Positions 36,836 through 47,357 of a stretch of DNA of 64,000 nucleotides are shown here, in pieces (position 1 is the stretch's first letter; every line of letters starts with the position of its first letter). Source of the stretch: an uncultured Sterolibacterium sp. Lineage in GTDB: Bacteria > Pseudomonadota > Gammaproteobacteria > Burkholderiales > Rhodocyclaceae. The notes below the pieces were generated by a model that searched no databases, was not told where the DNA came from, and saw only the letters and a program-made list of their open reading frames with translations. Made by a program: the position numbers and the translations under genes. The stretch is taken from positions 3,814 through 67,813 of the forward strand of contig CAYTHB010000005.1 of the NCBI GenBank assembly GCA_964437515.1, given 5' to 3'.

Positions 36836-37396
36836 ATGAGTACACAAATTATAAGAATACGAAATTCGCAAAAAACCGCATGGTTATTGCTTTTTATGCT
36901 GCTCACCCAGTTACAAGGGTGCCGGTCTTTGCCGCCGACAAGTCCCTCCTCTAGCCCGACCAACCGTCAATCGCAAGCCATCGAACGTGCGCCCGCCAGC
37001 ATCACCACGGTAGAAAAAGAAAATGCCGTCGTACTTTTCGCGCTGGGCTTACTCGATACCGGCTACCGTTTTGGGGGCAAAAATCCCGATGCCGGTTTGG
37101 ATTGCAGCGGCATGGTCAGTTACATTTTTCAGCAGGCCGTCGGCTTGCGCGTGAGCGGCAGCGCGGCCGATATGGCACGGCAGAGCAAACCCGTTGATGT
37201 GAAGCAACTACGCCCCGGCGATTTGGTATTTTTCAACACACTGAACAAACCGTTCTCTCATGTCGGTCTTTATATCGGTCAGGGTCGTTTTATTCACGCC
37301 CCCTCCGAATCCGGCAGGGCGCGTGTGCGTACCGAAAACATGAATAACCGCTATTTTGCCGCCCGCTTCGAAGCGGCACGAAGCCTGTTGGAATAA
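36836..37396 (+). CDS. NlpC/P60 (C40) peptidoglycan endopeptidase lipoprotein
   Basis: Lipobox LLTQLQGC. Catalytic region GLDCSGMVSYIF...FSHVGLYIGQGRFIHAP. Confidence 0.85.
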   Translation: MSTQIIRIRNSQKTAWLLLFMLLTQLQGCRSLPPTSPSSSPTNRQSQAIERAPASITTVEKENAVVLFALGLLDTGYRFGGKNPDAGLDCSGMVSYIFQQAVGLRVSGSAADMARQSKPVDVKQLRPGDLVFFNTLNKPFSHVGLYIGQGRFIHAPSESGRARVRTENMNNRYFAARFEAARSLLE

Positions 37397-37476
37397 GCCC
37401 TCAACACCGTCTATTTCACATTAAAAAAACAACGTTACTACTTGACCACAAAACATTTTTGTAACACACTTTAAGC

Positions 37477-37707
37477 ATGAGTGGCGAAACGGTACTGCTG
37501 GAAAAACTGGAACAGTTCATCGTGTTTTGCGAAAGCCTGCACGCTGAAAATCATGCCTTGCGAGAGCGCATCGCACGCATGGAAGAAGAACAACAGGTTC
37601 TTCGTTCCAAAATAGATTCGGCACGAACCCGCCTCGAAGCCTTGGTCGATCGGCTTCCCATCGAAACAGAAGTCGCCCCAAAAACTGAGCAACACCCTGA
37701 TCTTTGA
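37477..37707 (+). CDS. Small coiled-coil protein upstream of zapA (ZapB-like / TIGR02449-like)
   Basis: 76 aa. Heptad-rich LEKLEQFIVFCESLHAENHALRERIARMEEEQQVLRSKIDSARTRLEALV. Conserved position before zapA. Confidence 0.5.
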   Translation: MSGETVLLEKLEQFIVFCESLHAENHALRERIARMEEEQQVLRSKIDSARTRLEALVDRLPIETEVAPKTEQHPDL

Positions 37708-37738
37708 GCCATCGTCACCATAGGCCACGATACGATTT

Positions 37739-38083
37739 ATGAGCAGCCATTCTTCCGTCGATATTTCCTTGCTGGGTCGCGAATACAGGGTGACCTGCGC
37801 GCCTGACGAACGCGAATCGCTGCTGGCGGCAGTGGCTCACGTCGAAGCAAAAATGAATGAAATCGCGACGCGCACCAAAGGCAGTGGCGAACGGCTGGCA
37901 GTCATGACCGCATTGAATCTGGCTCATGAACTTTTGAGCCGCAAAAAAGCCGACGCTGGAACATTGTCGCCCCCTATTGACGCTACTGACGCTCGCTTTG
38001 ACACACCAGAAATAGCGCGTACAATGAATTCATTGATGACGCGCATGGATGCGCTGATGACGCGACAGGAAAGTCTGCTTTAA
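37739..38083 (+). CDS. zapA: Cell division protein ZapA
   Basis: 114 aa. VDISLLGREYRVTCAPDERESLLAAV...MTALNLAHELL. Confidence 0.8.
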   Translation: MSSHSSVDISLLGREYRVTCAPDERESLLAAVAHVEAKMNEIATRTKGSGERLAVMTALNLAHELLSRKKADAGTLSPPIDATDARFDTPEIARTMNSLMTRMDALMTRQESLL

Positions 38084-38104
38084 TCTGCATCATCTTCGCA
38101 TCGG

Positions 38105-38302
38105 TTTCATGAACGTCCCGCTTTATCCCCTGCGGTGTTTGTTTGGGCCATAGATTCCTGCAACCAATACTTTTGCATCGGGTCGATGACCATCCAGTTG
38201 CCGTTGTGAGCGTTCTTCCGAACGCACCTGAAGCAACAGGAAGTCGGCCGCTCTGAACTACGGTTCAGGATGCCGGTTCCGACGGCACAGGCGGGGGACC
38301 CA
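38105..38302 (+). ncRNA. ssrS: Candidate 6S RNA
   Basis: Directly downstream of zapA, as in E. coli and many proteobacteria. About 190 nt. 5' GTCCCGC...CCCCTGCGG can pair with 3' CGGCACAGGCGGGGGAC. Apical hairpin GCGTTC-TTCC-GAACGC near the midpoint. Followed by a strong terminator. Boundaries approximate. Confidence 0.5.
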
Positions 38303-38305
38303 TTC

Positions 38306-38347
38306 AAAACGGCGCATCTGTCTTTCTCGACGGATGCGCCGTTTTTT
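38306..38347. terminator. Bidirectional rho-independent terminator
   Basis: AAAACGGCGCATC...GATGCGCCGTTTTTT. A-run and T-run flank a GC-rich 9-bp stem. Lies between the convergent 6S/zapA unit and the rapZ operon. Confidence 0.75.
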
Positions 38348-38741
38348 AATAGCTCAAGCTATCGTAAGCAGATTCGTCCCCCACCAGCGACAAACTCACG
38401 CGATTCGGGGCACAAATGGCAATGGCATTGGGACGACTCAACCAGCCCTGATGGACGCAGTATTGACGTGGCCCGGGGTCAGACAATACGCGGGCGCGCC
38501 CCGGTTCCACCTCGATGACGGTCATGCCTAGCGGTCCGCTGACTTCCAGACGACGCGCCACATTCAGGCCAAGCTCCGCCACAATCTGTCCATTGCTGCG
38601 AATCACGACCTTTTGTGCTGCCCCTGTGCGCCACAACAAGGAAAACGATGCGGCGCAGACCGTAAGCCCCAGCAGCAAGACCAGCCAGTCCCCAGGTTTC
38701 AGCAGATCCGCCTGTGCCGCGATTCCGCGATACCATTTCAT
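38346..38741 (-). CDS. NusG domain II (DUF1312) family small membrane-anchored protein
   Basis: Start at MKWYRG (ATGA overlap with rapZ stop). TM helix. Family pattern ...YCVHQGWLSRPNAIAICAPNRVSLSLVG. Confidence 0.6.
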   Translation of the reverse strand: MKWYRGIAAQADLLKPGDWLVLLLGLTVCAASFSLLWRTGAAQKVVIRSNGQIVAELGLNVARRLEVSGPLGMTVIEVEPGRARVLSDPGPRQYCVHQGWLSRPNAIAICAPNRVSLSLVGDESAYDSLSY

Positions 38742-39607
38742 TTCGGGGTCATGGCGCGATGCCGCACCAGCACCCGCGCATCGGACTGAAAGTCGCGTGC
38801 CAGACACTCTGCCAGATAAACCGAACGATGCTGACCTCCCGTGCAACCAATGGCAACCGTCAGATAGGAGCGTGAATCCCGCAAATAATCGGGTAACCAG
38901 TCGCGCACGAAACGCCGGATGTCGTTGTGCATCCGCGTGACTTCTGGCTGAGCCGCCAGGAAATCAATCACCGGTGCATCGCGACCATCCAGCGGGCGCA
39001 GTTGCGGATCGTAATGCGGATTGGGCAGACAACGCACATCAAACACCAGATCCGCATCCAGTGGCAGGCCATGTTTGAATCCGAAAGATTCAAACAGCAA
39101 GGTCAGTTGGGCATCATGCACAGTGCCTGTGTGTTGCTCACGCTGATCCGTCACAAAATCCCGGATAAAAGTTCGTAAGGCATTGGGATGCAAATGACTG
39201 GTATCGATGTGATGTCCCAGTGCCGAGAGTGCTTCAAGTCCTTCGCGTTCACACGCAATGGCTTCGGCCAGTGTGGTGCTTGCATCGCCCAGAGGATGAC
39301 GGCGCCGTGTTTCTGAAAACCGTTGTATCAGGACATCATCCCGCGCATCCAGAAAAATGAACCGCACTTCCACAGCCTGCGCACGCAGTTCTATGATCTG
39401 TTGCGGCAAGCTCTTGATGCTGGAACCTGTGCGCATATCCATCGCAACGGCAATCCGGTGGCTACCCTCAAGACGTAGTTGCTCGACCAATGACAACAAC
39501 AGCGGCGAGGGCAGATTATCGACACAGAAATAGCCCGCATCTTCCAACACATTGAGTGCAATGCTTTTCCCAGAACCCGACAAGCCGCTAATCAGTATCA
39601 GTTGCAT
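38738..39607 (-). CDS. rapZ: RNase adapter protein RapZ (YhbJ)
   Basis: Start at MQLILISGLSGSGKSIALNVLED (Walker A). C-terminal TVAIGCTGGQHRSVY motif. Confidence 0.9.
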   Translation of the reverse strand: MQLILISGLSGSGKSIALNVLEDAGYFCVDNLPSPLLLSLVEQLRLEGSHRIAVAMDMRTGSSIKSLPQQIIELRAQAVEVRFIFLDARDDVLIQRFSETRRRHPLGDASTTLAEAIACEREGLEALSALGHHIDTSHLHPNALRTFIRDFVTDQREQHTGTVHDAQLTLLFESFGFKHGLPLDADLVFDVRCLPNPHYDPQLRPLDGRDAPVIDFLAAQPEVTRMHNDIRRFVRDWLPDYLRDSRSYLTVAIGCTGGQHRSVYLAECLARDFQSDARVLVRHRAMTPK

Positions 39608-39756
39608 AAGACCCCAGACAGATGACCGAGGCTGCAAGCATAGCCAATCCTGCTTGTTCTGTCATGGATTCTGTCATGCACGATTCCATGAAATGGCATG
39701 TATTTACCGTGGAGTTGCCTCATTCGGCAAAGACGATTTTCGTGTGCAATGGCGGT

Positions 39757-40140
39757 ATGGCTGAAAGCAAAAAATATGAAATCACCGTCAAGGTCTCAAC
39801 CGAGTTTCTTGAGGATCAATCCGATCCGGCGTCGAATCGTTATGTGTTCGCCTACGCCATCGAGATTCACAACACGGGAACGGTCGCGGCGCAACTCATC
39901 AGCCGGCACTGGGTCATCACCGATGCCGACGGTAGCGTGCAGGAAGTGCGGGGGCTGGGCGTGGTCGGACATCAGCCCTTGCTACAGCCGGGGCAGCACT
40001 TTGAATACACCAGCGGTTGCGCCCTGACGACTCCGGTCGGCACCATGAAAGGCAGTTACCAGATGACGGCCGAGGATGGTGTGAGCTTTGAAGCGCCGAT
40101 TAACGAGTTTCTGCTCTCTGTGCCGCGCGTGTTGCATTGA
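39757..40140 (+). CDS. apaG: ApaG (DUF525) protein
   Basis: Start at MAESKKYEITV. Family-typical YVFAYAIEIHNTG...SRHWVITDADG...VRGLGVVGHQPLLQPGQHFEYTS. Confidence 0.85.
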   Translation: MAESKKYEITVKVSTEFLEDQSDPASNRYVFAYAIEIHNTGTVAAQLISRHWVITDADGSVQEVRGLGVVGHQPLLQPGQHFEYTSGCALTTPVGTMKGSYQMTAEDGVSFEAPINEFLLSVPRVLH

Positions 40141-40972
40141 GGAAAACCGGGCGACGTCCGCCCGAAACGCGCAGGATGCCCGCCAGATCACGGTTTTGTT
40201 CGATCTCGGTGTAATCGCCTTCCCGCAAGAGCCGCTCCACAGCTTCGGCCTGATCGTAACCATGCTCCAGCAGCAGCCAGCCTTCCGCTTGCAGATACGC
40301 CGGTGCACCGGCAATGAGATGACGTAGTGCATCCAGGCCATCCGCACCACTCGCCAGCGCACTCATCGGCTCATGGGGTAAATCGCCCTGAAACAAATGC
40401 GGATCGTTTTCGACGATATAGGGCGGATTGCTTACGATGAGGTGATAGTACTCACTCTCAGAATAATGAGCTAATTCATTGAACCAATCACTTTCAATGA
40501 AGGCGATTTTTGCGCCCAGCCGATGAGCGTTGTCACGAGCGATGCCCAGTGCCTGCGCAGAAACATCCACCGCATGGACGCAGGCATCAGGCCGTTCCAG
40601 TGCCAGCGTAATGGCGATACAGCCACTGCCGCACCCCAGGTCGAGAATCCGGGGCGCAGAAATGTCCGCTACTTTGCTCAGTGCCGATTCGACCAGCAAC
40701 TCGGTTTCCGGACGCGGAATGAGCGCACCGGGCGCCACCCCGAATTCACGACCATAAAACTCGCGATGCCCGATGAGATAGGCGATGGGTTCCCCCTGTT
40801 CGCGTCGCGTGACCAACGACGTATAACGCGTGATCGTTTCGGTTTCCAATACCTGTTCCGGATGCGCGATGAGGCGACTGGCGGATTGCCCCGTCACATG
40901 CTGGAGCAACAGACGGGCTTCCATCCGGCCGATACGTCGTGCCGCGCCATCCAGAACAAGTCCAATGTTCAT
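40100..40972 (-). CDS. prmC: Release factor glutamine methyltransferase PrmC (HemK)
   Basis: 290 aa. LDLGCGSGCIAI SAM motif and catalytic NPPY (VSNPPYI). Immediately downstream of prfA. Confidence 0.88.
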   Translation of the reverse strand: MNIGLVLDGAARRIGRMEARLLLQHVTGQSASRLIAHPEQVLETETITRYTSLVTRREQGEPIAYLIGHREFYGREFGVAPGALIPRPETELLVESALSKVADISAPRILDLGCGSGCIAITLALERPDACVHAVDVSAQALGIARDNAHRLGAKIAFIESDWFNELAHYSESEYYHLIVSNPPYIVENDPHLFQGDLPHEPMSALASGADGLDALRHLIAGAPAYLQAEGWLLLEHGYDQAEAVERLLREGDYTEIEQNRDLAGILRVSGGRRPVFLNATRAAQRAETR

Positions 40973-41005
40973 GCGGTTTTTTTCGAGCGTAAGTACATGC
41001 TAACT

Positions 41006-42088
41006 TTATTCATTATCCGCCAGTGCGGCGAGTAGTTCGGCTTGATGTTCGGCGGTTAGCCCCTGAATCAGCTCGTCCAGATCACCATTCATGATTGCGT
41101 CGATTTTGTAGAGCGTGAGGTTGATGCGATGATCGGTGACCCGTCCCTGCGGGAAATTGTAAGTGCGGATGCGTTCGGAACGGTCGCCACTGCCGATCAG
41201 GCTTTTGCGCTCGGAAGCAATTTTGGCGGCTTGCTCGCGCTCCTGTTTGTCTTTGAGACGCGCGGCCAGCACCGCCATGGCCTGCGCCTTGTTGCGATGC
41301 TGCGAGCGATCGTCCTGACATTCGACGACCAGCCCCGTGGGCAGGTGGGTGATGCGCACGGCGGAATCGGTTTTGTTGATGTGCTGCCCGCCCGCACCGG
41401 AGGCGCGAAAGGTGTCGATGCGTAATTCGGTGGGGTTGATGTCGATTTCTTCCAGCGCATCGGCCTCGGGCAACACTGCGACGGTGCAGGCGGAGGTGTG
41501 GATGCGCCCCTGCGTTTCCGTAGCGGGCACGCGCTGCACGCGGTGGCCACCGGATTCGAATTTGAGTTTGGAATAAGCCCCCAGCCCATTGATGCGCGCG
41601 ATGACTTCACGAAAGCCGCCTAGCTCGGATTCATTGGCGGAAATCAGCTCGACTTGCCAACGGTTCCGCTCGGCAAAGCGGGTGTACATGCGGAACAGAT
41701 CGCCAGCAAACAAGGCCGATTCATCGCCGCCCGTGCCGGCGCGAATTTCCAGAAACAGATTGCGTTGATCGTTCGGGTCAACGGGCAGCAGGGCTTTTTG
41801 CAATGCGTCTTCGACCCGCAGGATTTCTGTGTGGCAACGTGGAATTTCTTCCTCGGCCAGTACTTTCATTTCCGGATCGTCCCGCATTTGTTCGGCAGCC
41901 TGCAAATCTGCTTCAAGCTGGCGGAATTCGCGGTAAAGCGCGACGACTTCGCCGACTTCGGCGTGTTCGCGCGATAGCTTGCGGTAGTGGTCGATATCGC
42001 GCGTGGCATCTTCTGCACCGAGCAGATGATCGAGTTCGGTCAGGCGTTCAGCGAGATGTTCGAGTTTGTGGCGGATGCTGGGCTTCAT
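41006..42088 (-). CDS. prfA: Peptide chain release factor 1
   Basis: 360 aa. GGQ motif ([19 protein letters not shown]), PxT-type region, RF-1 family throughout. Confidence 0.95.
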   Translation of the reverse strand: MKPSIRHKLEHLAERLTELDHLLGAEDATRDIDHYRKLSREHAEVGEVVALYREFRQLEADLQAAEQMRDDPEMKVLAEEEIPRCHTEILRVEDALQKALLPVDPNDQRNLFLEIRAGTGGDESALFAGDLFRMYTRFAERNRWQVELISANESELGGFREVIARINGLGAYSKLKFESGGHRVQRVPATETQGRIHTSACTVAVLPEADALEEIDINPTELRIDTFRASGAGGQHINKTDSAVRITHLPTGLVVECQDDRSQHRNKAQAMAVLAARLKDKQEREQAAKIASERKSLIGSGDRSERIRTYNFPQGRVTDHRINLTLYKIDAIMNGDLDELIQGLTAEHQAELLAALADNE

Positions 42089-42145
42089 GGTGAACGGACA
42101 ATGACGCAGACGGCAAAGCAGCCGTCATGTGGAGTGAATCGAAAG

Positions 42146-43408
42146 CTACTCGGTAGGATGTAGGTGATACAGGCGCGCGATGAGGTGTGTGAGTTGGCTA
42201 CGCTCGTCGCCTTCGGCTTGGTTCAGGGCATGAGTGGGCGCATGAAGCAGCTTGTTGGTCAGCCCATGCGAGAGTGCTTCCAGCACTTTTTGTGGATCTT
42301 CGCCTCGCGCCAGCAGTTTTTGCGCGTGCTCCAACTCATGACGGCGGTTACGTTCGGCCGCATCGCGCAAGGCACGGATGGTAGGAACGGCCTCGCGTGC
42401 GTCCATCCAGTGCATGAAATCGAGTACCCGTGCATCAATGATGCCTTCGGCTTCGACCACCGCCGCCTGCCGTGATTCGAGGCCGTCCTCGACGATTTTG
42501 CCCAAGTCATCGAGGGTGTAGAGAAAGACATCGTCCAGATGGCCAATTTCCCGCTCGATATCACGTGGTACAGCCAGATCGACCATCACCATCGGTCGAT
42601 GGCGGCGTGTCTTGAGGGCACGTTCCACCGCGCCCAGACCAATCACGGGCAAGGGGCTGGCCGTGCATGAAACAACGATGTCATATTCCGCCAGATGACT
42701 GGGAACTTCATCGAGCCGCAAGGTATCCGCATTGAACCGCTGCGCCAGTTGTGCCGCACGCTCGGTGGTGCGATTGGCAATGGTGATGCGTTTGGGCAGG
42801 TAGCCGGTGAAATGAGCGGCGCACAGCTCGATCATTTCACCCGCACCGATAAACAGCACGCGCTGATCGGCGATATTTTCAAAAATGCGGGCGGAAAGAT
42901 GGACTGCTGCAGCCGCCATGGAAACGGTATTGGCACCAATCGCCGTGGTGGATCGCACTTCCTTGGCGACAGAGAAAGTATGCTGGAACAGTTTGTTCAG
43001 CAAGGTGCCGAGCGTGCCGGCTTCTTCGGCACTGCGCGCGGCCTGCTTCATCTGCCCGAGTATCTGCGGCTCGCCTAGTACCATCGAATCAAGACCACTG
43101 GCGACACGGAACATGTGGCGCACCGTGTCGCGTTGCGGCAGCTTGTACAAGTAAGGTCGCAGCGTGTCCATCGGCAGGGCGTGGTAGCCTGCCAGCCAGT
43201 CGGCAGCAGATTCCGCGCCATTGGCTTGCTCAGCCGCGCAATAGATTTCAGTCCGGTTGCATGTCGACAGGATGGCCGCTTCGCGCAAGGCACGATCATG
43301 CACCAGTTCGCCCAAGGCCTGCGGCAAGCGATCCGGCTGGAACGCAAGCTGCTCGCGCACGTCGAGCGGCGCTGTGTGATGATTGATGCCGAGGGCGAAC
43401 AACTGCAT
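42146..43408 (-). CDS. hemA: Glutamyl-tRNA reductase
   Basis: Start at [19 protein letters not shown]. Active-site [14 protein letters not shown] motif GAGEMIE. hemA-prfA-prmC order. Confidence 0.93.
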   Translation of the reverse strand: MQLFALGINHHTAPLDVREQLAFQPDRLPQALGELVHDRALREAAILSTCNRTEIYCAAEQANGAESAADWLAGYHALPMDTLRPYLYKLPQRDTVRHMFRVASGLDSMVLGEPQILGQMKQAARSAEEAGTLGTLLNKLFQHTFSVAKEVRSTTAIGANTVSMAAAAVHLSARIFENIADQRVLFIGAGEMIELCAAHFTGYLPKRITIANRTTERAAQLAQRFNADTLRLDEVPSHLAEYDIVVSCTASPLPVIGLGAVERALKTRRHRPMVMVDLAVPRDIEREIGHLDDVFLYTLDDLGKIVEDGLESRQAAVVEAEGIIDARVLDFMHWMDAREAVPTIRALRDAAERNRRHELEHAQKLLARGEDPQKVLEALSHGLTNKLLHAPTHALNQAEGDERSQLTHLIARLYHLHPTE

Positions 43409-43556
43409 GGGGCAAGCGAGCCAGGTCGCAGGATTCCTTGAAAAAATCAAGGAAAATTATAGCATTGGCGCACATCGGCGATTTTTTCCTGTCAGCACCA
43501 TCGCATCAATGGCACGATCGCAGCCCGCATGAAACCTGCGGACACCGGTTGCCTGA

Positions 43557-44909
43557 TCAGAATAATATTTCGCCACGCAAGGAGTGCGCACGTGCCTCGG
43601 TGATGCGTAATTCGATGATTTGCCCGATGAGACGCTCTGCCTCGCGGGGTGCGGCGAAATTCACGACACGGTTGTTATCGGTACGCGCAGCCAGTTCCGC
43701 ATCGTTCTTTTTCGAGCGACCTTCCACCAGAACCCGCTGTACGGTGCCGACCATGCGCTGGCTGATGTCCGCCGCCTGCTGATCAATCAGTTGCTGGAGT
43801 TGCTGCAAGCGTGCTGATTTGACATCGGTGGGTGTGTCATCCGCAAGTTCCGCCGCTGGTGTGCCGGGGCGGGCACTGTAGAGAAAACTATAGCTGCCAT
43901 CAAACCCGACATCCTCGATCAGTTTGAGGGTCGCCGCAAAATCAGCCTCGGTTTCACCAGGAAAACCGATGATGAAATCCGAGCTCAGCGAAATATCCGG
44001 CCGCACCGCGCGTAGCTTGCGAATGATGCTCTTGTATTCCAGCGCGGTATAGCCGCGCTTCATCGCGGCCAGCACACGGTCGGAGCCCGACTGCACCGGC
44101 AGATGCAACTGTGAAACCAGCTTGGGCACACGCGCATAGGTGTCGATGAGCCGCTGCGTCATTTCACGCGGATGCGACGTGGTGTAGCGTATGCGTTCGA
44201 TGCCCGGAATATCGGCGATGGTTTCGATGAGGAAGGCCAGATCAACCGTCTCACCTTCCTCATCGGTCGCCCCTTGATAGGCATTCACATTCTGACCCAG
44301 CAGGGTCACTTCCCGGACGCCCTGCAAAGTCAGGCTGACCACTTCAGCCAGCACATCCGCCAAGGGCCGCGAGACTTCGTCACCCCGCGTGTAAGGCACG
44401 ATGCAGAAGCTGCAAAACTTGGAACAGCCTTCCATGATGGATACAAAGGCCGTGGCACCTTCGACACGCGCAGGCGGCAGATGATCGAATTTTTCAATTT
44501 CCGGAAAGGAAATATCCACCTGTGGCTGACCGCTACTCGCGCGAGCTTCGATCAACTGCGGCAGGCGATGCAGGGTTTGCGGGCCGAAAACGACATCCAC
44601 ATACGGCGCGCGCCGGATGATGGCATCGCCTTCCTGACTGGCAACGCATCCACCCACGCCAATCACCAGACCCGGATTGCGCTGCTTGAGATGACGCACA
44701 CGCCCCAGATCATGAAACACCTTTTCCTGTGCTTTTTCGCGTACCGAGCAAGTATTGAACAAAATGATGTCGGCGTCTTCCGGTGTGGCGGTGGGCTCCA
44801 ACGCTTGTCCCTGCGTACCGGCATGTTCAGTGAGTACATCGACCATTTTGGCCGAATCGTATTCATTCATCTGACAACCGAAGGTGCGGATATAAACTTT
44901 CTTGACCAT
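43557..44909 (-). CDS. miaB: tRNA-i6A37 methylthiotransferase MiaB
   Basis: 450 aa. N-terminal MTTase Cys triad (FGCQMN...NTCSVR...GGCV). Radical-SAM CSKFCSFC. C-terminal TRAM domain. Confidence 0.93.
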   Translation of the reverse strand: MVKKVYIRTFGCQMNEYDSAKMVDVLTEHAGTQGQALEPTATPEDADIILFNTCSVREKAQEKVFHDLGRVRHLKQRNPGLVIGVGGCVASQEGDAIIRRAPYVDVVFGPQTLHRLPQLIEARASSGQPQVDISFPEIEKFDHLPPARVEGATAFVSIMEGCSKFCSFCIVPYTRGDEVSRPLADVLAEVVSLTLQGVREVTLLGQNVNAYQGATDEEGETVDLAFLIETIADIPGIERIRYTTSHPREMTQRLIDTYARVPKLVSQLHLPVQSGSDRVLAAMKRGYTALEYKSIIRKLRAVRPDISLSSDFIIGFPGETEADFAATLKLIEDVGFDGSYSFLYSARPGTPAAELADDTPTDVKSARLQQLQQLIDQQAADISQRMVGTVQRVLVEGRSKKNDAELAARTDNNRVVNFAAPREAERLIGQIIELRITEARAHSLRGEILF

Positions 44910-44999
44910 GATATAAAACGTCAGCCTGCTTGCAGAGCAAACCGTGAATTATCCCAGAGATGGCAAGGACGCTGCTACTTTTCAGAGGCTATTCAGAGA

Positions 45000-45713
45000 C
45001 TATCGGGCATCGGCATGCCACGCACGCAGACGTTCCAGCGTGAGATGTTCATTCGCCGCCAGCACGTTACAAGCACCGACAAATTCTTCATCCGGCGTGT
45101 AATCGCTGCGCGTGATGACGGTGGGGATACCGGCTGCACGGCTGGCTGCCAGACCATGTACGGAATCTTCGATCGCCAGACAATCGCGAGCGGGCAGATT
45201 CAACGCTTTCAACGTCCACAAATAGAGATCAGGTGCTGGCTTTTTGGCAGCGACACTCTCACCAGACGCAATGACTTCAAACCAACGATCCGCTTCGGGC
45301 CCGAGGTTGGCGCGCAGCAGATTGACAACATTTTGTGGTGTCGAACTGGAGGCAATGGCCAGCCGTAATCCTTCCGTCCGCGCATCGCAAATCAGCGAAC
45401 CAATATCTGCGCGTAGCGGAATCGCACCGGCGGCCAGAAGACGCTGATAGTTGCGGGTTTTGATTTCATGGATACGATCCAGCAAGGCATCGAAGTCTGC
45501 CCGCTGGAAAGTGGCGGGATCAAATTTTTCTGCATAGTGGCGGATGCGTTCGCGGCCTCCCGTCACGTCGAGCAGTTTCCCGTAGAAGGCTTCATCCCAA
45601 TGCCACGACAAACCCAGCTCGACAAACGCCGCGTTGAAGGCGGGACGATGACCATCACGTTCAGTATGTGCAAGCGTTCCATCGACATCGAAAATCAGGG
45701 CACGCAAGGTCAT
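45000..45713 (-). CDS. HAD-superfamily phosphatase, CbbY-like
   Basis: 237 aa. DVDGTL motif I. CbbY-like N-terminus LIFDVDGTLAHTERDGHRPAFNAAF...GGRERI. Confidence 0.7.
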   Translation of the reverse strand: MTLRALIFDVDGTLAHTERDGHRPAFNAAFVELGLSWHWDEAFYGKLLDVTGGRERIRHYAEKFDPATFQRADFDALLDRIHEIKTRNYQRLLAAGAIPLRADIGSLICDARTEGLRLAIASSSTPQNVVNLLRANLGPEADRWFEVIASGESVAAKKPAPDLYLWTLKALNLPARDCLAIEDSVHGLAASRAAGIPTVITRSDYTPDEEFVGACNVLAANEHLTLERLRAWHADAR

Positions 45714-45770
45714 GACTTTGCTCCTTCAGGGAACCGTGGATCGTTGATTATCCCCCAGATGCGGCTTTCG

Positions 45771-47333
45771 TCAATGCGCCCCGCCCGCTGCATCGGCACT
45801 CCCCATTCCTGCCGATTTTTCCGGGCGCGCCAGCCAGATGATGCCGGTCAGTGCCAAAAACAGCACCGCAGAAGCCGCAAATAAATCAACCGCACTGAGC
45901 GTATACGCCTGCTGGTCGATGAGCCGGTTGATCGCCGCCAGGCTTTGATCCTGACTGAACCCCAGCGCGTTGAATGACGACAGGGTGTGGGTTGTCGGCA
46001 GATGAGCTGCATTGATGCGCTCGGCCAGCTCGGCATGATGCAAAGCGGCACGATCTTCCCAAAGCGTGGTGTAGATGGAAGTACCAAATGCCCCGGCGGT
46101 AATCCGCACAAAGTTGGATAACCCCGCTGCCGCTGGTATGCGTTCCGGCGGTAGCCCTGAAAGAATCAGTGCCATCAGCGGCACGAACAGAAAGGCCATC
46201 GGGATGCCTTGCACCACCGAAGGCATCAGCAGAGTGATGAGATCGGCTTGTGTATTGAAACCTGCACGCATCCACAGCACGATGGCGAAGGTGGCAAAGG
46301 CAACCATCGATAACAGACGCAAGTCGATGCGATGGATGTTCTTGCCGACAAACGGAGTCACAAGAATGGCGAGAATGCCCACCGGTGCCATGATGAAGCC
46401 TGCCCAGGTCGCCGTGTAGCCCATGTACTGTTGCAACCACAGCGGCAACAACACTACATTGCCGAAGAACACGCCATAGCCGAGCGAGAGCGAGAGCGTG
46501 CCAACCCAGAAATTGCGCCGACGGAACAGGGAAAGATCGACCACCGGATGCGCCTCGGTGGTTTCCCAGATGAGAAACAGCACAAAGCCGATGGCGGCCG
46601 TCAGCGCCAGCGTCACGATGAAGCCCGAGGAAAACCAGTCTAGTTCCTTGCCGTTATCGAGCATGATCTGCAAGCTGCCGACCCAGATCACCAGCAGTGC
46701 CAGCCCCACGCTATCAATCGGCAGCTTGCGCGTCGGCGATTCACGACGACGGTACAGTGCCCAAGTGGTGGCTGCAGCAAACAGGCCGACGGGGATATTG
46801 ATGTAGAAAATCCACGGCCAACTGAAGTTGTCGGTAATCCAGCCGCCCAGCACCGGCCCCATCACGGGTGCGACTAGAGTGGTCATCGACCAGAACGCCA
46901 GTGCTGTCCCGGATTTTTCCTTGGGATAGCTTTGCAGGAGCAAAGCTTGCGACAAGGGGATCATCGGCCCGGCGACCAGCCCTTGCAGCACGCGGAAGGC
47001 GACCAGACTGGAAAAGTTGGGAGCCAGCCCGCACAGCAATGAAGCGATGACGAATAACAAGATGCTCAGGGTAAACAAGCGCACCATGCCGAAACGCTGG
47101 GTCAGCCAACCGGTGAGCGGCACGGAAATCGCGTTCGACACGGCAAAGCTGGTGATGACCCAGGTGCCCTGACTCGGGCTGACACCGAAATCTCCGGCGA
47201 TGGCGGGAATCGAGACGTTGGCGATCGACGAGTCGAGCACGTTCATGAAGGTCGCCAGCGACAGGGCGACCGTGCCCAGCACCAAAGTGCCGCCCTTGAG
47301 TGGCGGTGGATCGAAACTGGCTGCGGGATTCAT
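45771..47333 (-). CDS. emrB: DHA2-family MFS efflux permease (EmrB/QacA type, 14 TM)
   Basis: 520 aa. MNVLDSSIANVSIP, LTGWLTQRFG motifs. Follows an EmrA-type adaptor. Confidence 0.85.
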   Translation of the reverse strand: MNPAASFDPPPLKGGTLVLGTVALSLATFMNVLDSSIANVSIPAIAGDFGVSPSQGTWVITSFAVSNAISVPLTGWLTQRFGMVRLFTLSILLFVIASLLCGLAPNFSSLVAFRVLQGLVAGPMIPLSQALLLQSYPKEKSGTALAFWSMTTLVAPVMGPVLGGWITDNFSWPWIFYINIPVGLFAAATTWALYRRRESPTRKLPIDSVGLALLVIWVGSLQIMLDNGKELDWFSSGFIVTLALTAAIGFVLFLIWETTEAHPVVDLSLFRRRNFWVGTLSLSLGYGVFFGNVVLLPLWLQQYMGYTATWAGFIMAPVGILAILVTPFVGKNIHRIDLRLLSMVAFATFAIVLWMRAGFNTQADLITLLMPSVVQGIPMAFLFVPLMALILSGLPPERIPAAAGLSNFVRITAGAFGTSIYTTLWEDRAALHHAELAERINAAHLPTTHTLSSFNALGFSQDQSLAAINRLIDQQAYTLSAVDLFAASAVLFLALTGIIWLARPEKSAGMGSADAAGGAH

Positions 47334-47357
47334 GGCTGTGCGTTGGATGAGCCGGGT

